Shown here: positions 62,095-64,000 of the stretch, piece after piece
Layout: every line of letters starts with the position of its first letter
Numbering within the stretch: position 1 is the first letter of the stretch
Assembly: GCA_043228905.1 (NCBI GenBank)
Contig: JBHGNT010000010.1
Coordinates: 16,554,001-16,618,000 of the forward strand
Direction: 5' to 3'
Source: Azolla caroliniana
Lineage: Eukaryota; Plantae; Polypodiophyta
Length of the DNA stretch: 64,000 nt
Position numbers and translations under genes: made by a program
Notes under the pieces: generated by a model
The model's database searches: none
Told to the model about the DNA's origin: nothing
What the model saw: the letters and a program-made list of their open reading frames with translations, nothing else

Positions 62095-64000
62095 TGTTGG
62101 TAGACAGGTCCCTCCGGATGGGAAGGTAGAAGAACAGTGCCGATGAACAAACTCGGCCGAGGCCGAACCGGTATGAACCGGATGGGGAGTACCCGACTAC
62201 GGAGAGTCGGATGGTGTAGGCCCGGTATGAACCGGATGAGGAGTACCCGACTGCGGAGAGCCGGATGGGGAGTACCCGACTGCGGAGAGCCGGATGGAGC
62301 CCATCGAGGCTACATTTGTAAATAGCCGAAAAGTCATATTAGTATAAATATGACTTAGGGCAAACTTTTAGTTGTGTAGTTGTTGTCGTTTTTTTTTGCT
62401 ATTATTCTTCCTTGTTGGTGCAAGAAGAAATCAGAGCGCGTAACTGTACAGAGAGACAGAGAGAGAGAGAGAGAGACGAGGTCGTTGCCTCTGTTGTAAC
62501 CGCCGCCTGTGGCGAAGATTTGAGAGCACGAGGTCGTTGCCTCAGTGATCTCACTGTTGTATATTTCTGCATAGTGACAGTTTGCAGCTTGTGGGCTGCC
62601 GTGGTTTTTCCCCTATTTTGGGGTTTTCCACGTATACCTCTTGTGTACCATTTCTCCTCTTTTGTGTCGCGTTTCATTACCTGTTTTTCTGTGTATGAAA
62701 AGAATCTCGGTTGTGGCCGAGCGTCGGACATAAGGAACGTCAAGTTCTCAACAAGTGGTATCAGAGCGAAATCGACACAGAAAATGGACGAATCGTTTGG
62801 CGGCATGTTCAAGCTCACCGGCTCCAACTATTCAGTGTGGAAGTCGAAGATGAGGGACATGCTCGTGGTTAAAGACCTCTGGCTGCCGGTTCAGTTCGGG
62901 GACAAGAGACCGGACAAAATCGACGCCGCGATATGGGAGGTGATGCACATGAAGACAACGGCGTACATACAGTGCTTCATCGACATGAGCCTGTACAACA
63001 ACTTCAATGAAGAGAGCAAGGCTCATGAGCTCTGGGAGAAGATCGGCATAATGTTCCAGAACAAAAATGTTGTCAATCAGGCGTCGGTATTCCAGAAGCT
63101 TGTAAGACTCCGGTACCAAGATGGCTCCAACATGGCGGAGCATATGAATGCCTTCCAGGGGCTGATTCACCAGGCAACGTCATTGGAAGTACCTCTTGCC
63201 GATGAGGTCCTAGCACTACTCCTGCTCGGTTCCCTCCCGGATAGCTGGGAGACGTTGGTTGTTACTTTGGGCAACGCCGGGCCGGAAGGAAAACGGTTAT
63301 CCCTAGCAAGAGTAAAGTCGAGCTTGCTAGATGAGGAGGCTCGTCGGAAAGACAAAGATACGAGCTCCGACTCCAAAGCGCTTCTTACCGAATCGGAACG
63401 CGGAAGACATAGAAACCGTAGTCCCCAGAACCGGGAGAAGTCGGGGACACGATCAAAGTCAAGGGGGAGGCCTACTTGCTTCTATTGCGGCAAGCCGGGA
63501 CACTTCCAAAAGAACTATCGGCATTTCCGTAAAGACAAGGAAACCGACGGTACCGATTCAAAGCAAACCCCGAACCGGAACGGTACAGACCGGAACGGTA
63601 AAGACCGGAGGGGGCCGGACCAGAAGGGAACGACGGCAATTGCGGCAAGTGAAGAGGAGTTGATGCTCATCACCGAGGAGAGTGAGATAAACCATGCCGG
63701 CGATGAGATGACCTGGGTGGTAGATTCCGGAGCGTCGTTCCACCTTACCCCGGACCGGAAATGCTTCTCATCCTACTCAGCCGGTGATCACGGCTGTGTC
63801 CGGATGGGGAATGAAGGAACATGCCGAATTGTCGGCATAGGAGACGTGTGGCTGACAACACCAACCGGATGCAAGTTGCTGTTGAAAGATGTCCGACACG
63901 TTCCGGAAGTTCGTCTGAACCTGATATCAGCCGATCGGCTGGATGATGAAGGCTACACGGGTAGCATCCGGAACGGTGTCATGAAGTTCAGCAAAGGGAG
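62095..64000 (+). mobile_element. Ty1/Copia element (Tnt1/Tork-like), 5' part, truncated by the window end
   Basis: LTR TGTTGG...TCTCAACA at 62095-62753 with internal ~29-bp repeats (CCGGATGGGGAGTACCCGACTGCGGAGAG) and TATAAAT; perfect PBS TGGTATCAGAGC at 62756-62767; open gag-pol. Confidence 0.93.
62784..64000 (+). CDS. Copia Gag-protease (open to the window end; absent from the ORF track because no stop is reached)
   Basis: MDESFGGMFKLTGSNYSVWKSKMRDML...LLLLGSLPDSWETLVVTL...CFYCGKPGHFQKNY...WVVDSGASFHLTP...LKDVRHVPEVRLNLIS; the frame was checked at the knuckle and protease positions. Confidence 0.92.
   Translation, partial: MDESFGGMFKLTGSNYSVWKSKMRDMLVVKDLWLPVQFGDKRPDKIDAAIWEVMHMKTTAYIQCFIDMSLYNNFNEESKAHELWEKIGIMFQNKNVVNQASVFQKLVRLRYQDGSNMAEHMNAFQGLIHQATSLEVPLADEVLALLLLGSLPDSWETLVVTLGNAGPEGKRLSLARVKSSLLDEEARRKDKDTSSDSKALLTESERGRHRNRSPQNREKSGTRSKSRGRPTCFYCGKPGHFQKNYRHFRKDKETDGTDSKQTPNRNGTDRNGKDRRGPDQKGTTAIAASEEELMLITEESEINHAGDEMTWVVDSGASFHLTPDRKCFSSYSAGDHGCVRMGNEGTCRIVGIGDVWLTTPTGCKLLLKDVRHVPEVRLNLISADRLDDEGYTGSIRNGVMKFSKG

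Overview
Eukaryotic nuclear DNA from a land plant; the TE types and gene structure suggest a fern or other non-seed plant, which is inference. There are two host genes, both read directly from the sequence. One is a class-B (HsfB4-like) heat-shock factor on the minus strand (2 exons, 21043-23498). The other is an 11-exon PHT4;4/ANTR2-like chloroplast anion transporter on the plus strand (41693-47192). The rest is nested transposons. At 1-16 kb a degenerate Sola-like transposase region was interrupted by a palindromic foldback element. That element was hit by a Ty1/Copia (TSD CGAGT), which in turn carries an intact chromovirus Ty3/Gypsy with identical LTRs (TSD ACAAC) and a hAT MITE. Also present are three more hAT MITEs with 8-bp TSDs, a second Sola-like transposase pseudogene, LINE fragments, a decayed Tcn1/sushi-like Gypsy whose LTRs carry perfect heat-shock-element arrays, and the 5' part of a Tnt1/Tork-like Copia running off the window. 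The best leads are: (1) a decayed ORF with a DPPY-like (DIPY) amino-methyltransferase motif lying head-to-head with the Sola-like remnant; (2) HSE-loaded Gypsy LTRs; (3) a ~35-aa His/Asp insertion inside the HSF DNA-binding domain; (4) splice sites duplicated by intronic tandem repeats in both host genes; (5) a structured 83-bp tandem array in the leader of the young Gypsy. No database searches were run; family calls rest on motif recognition.
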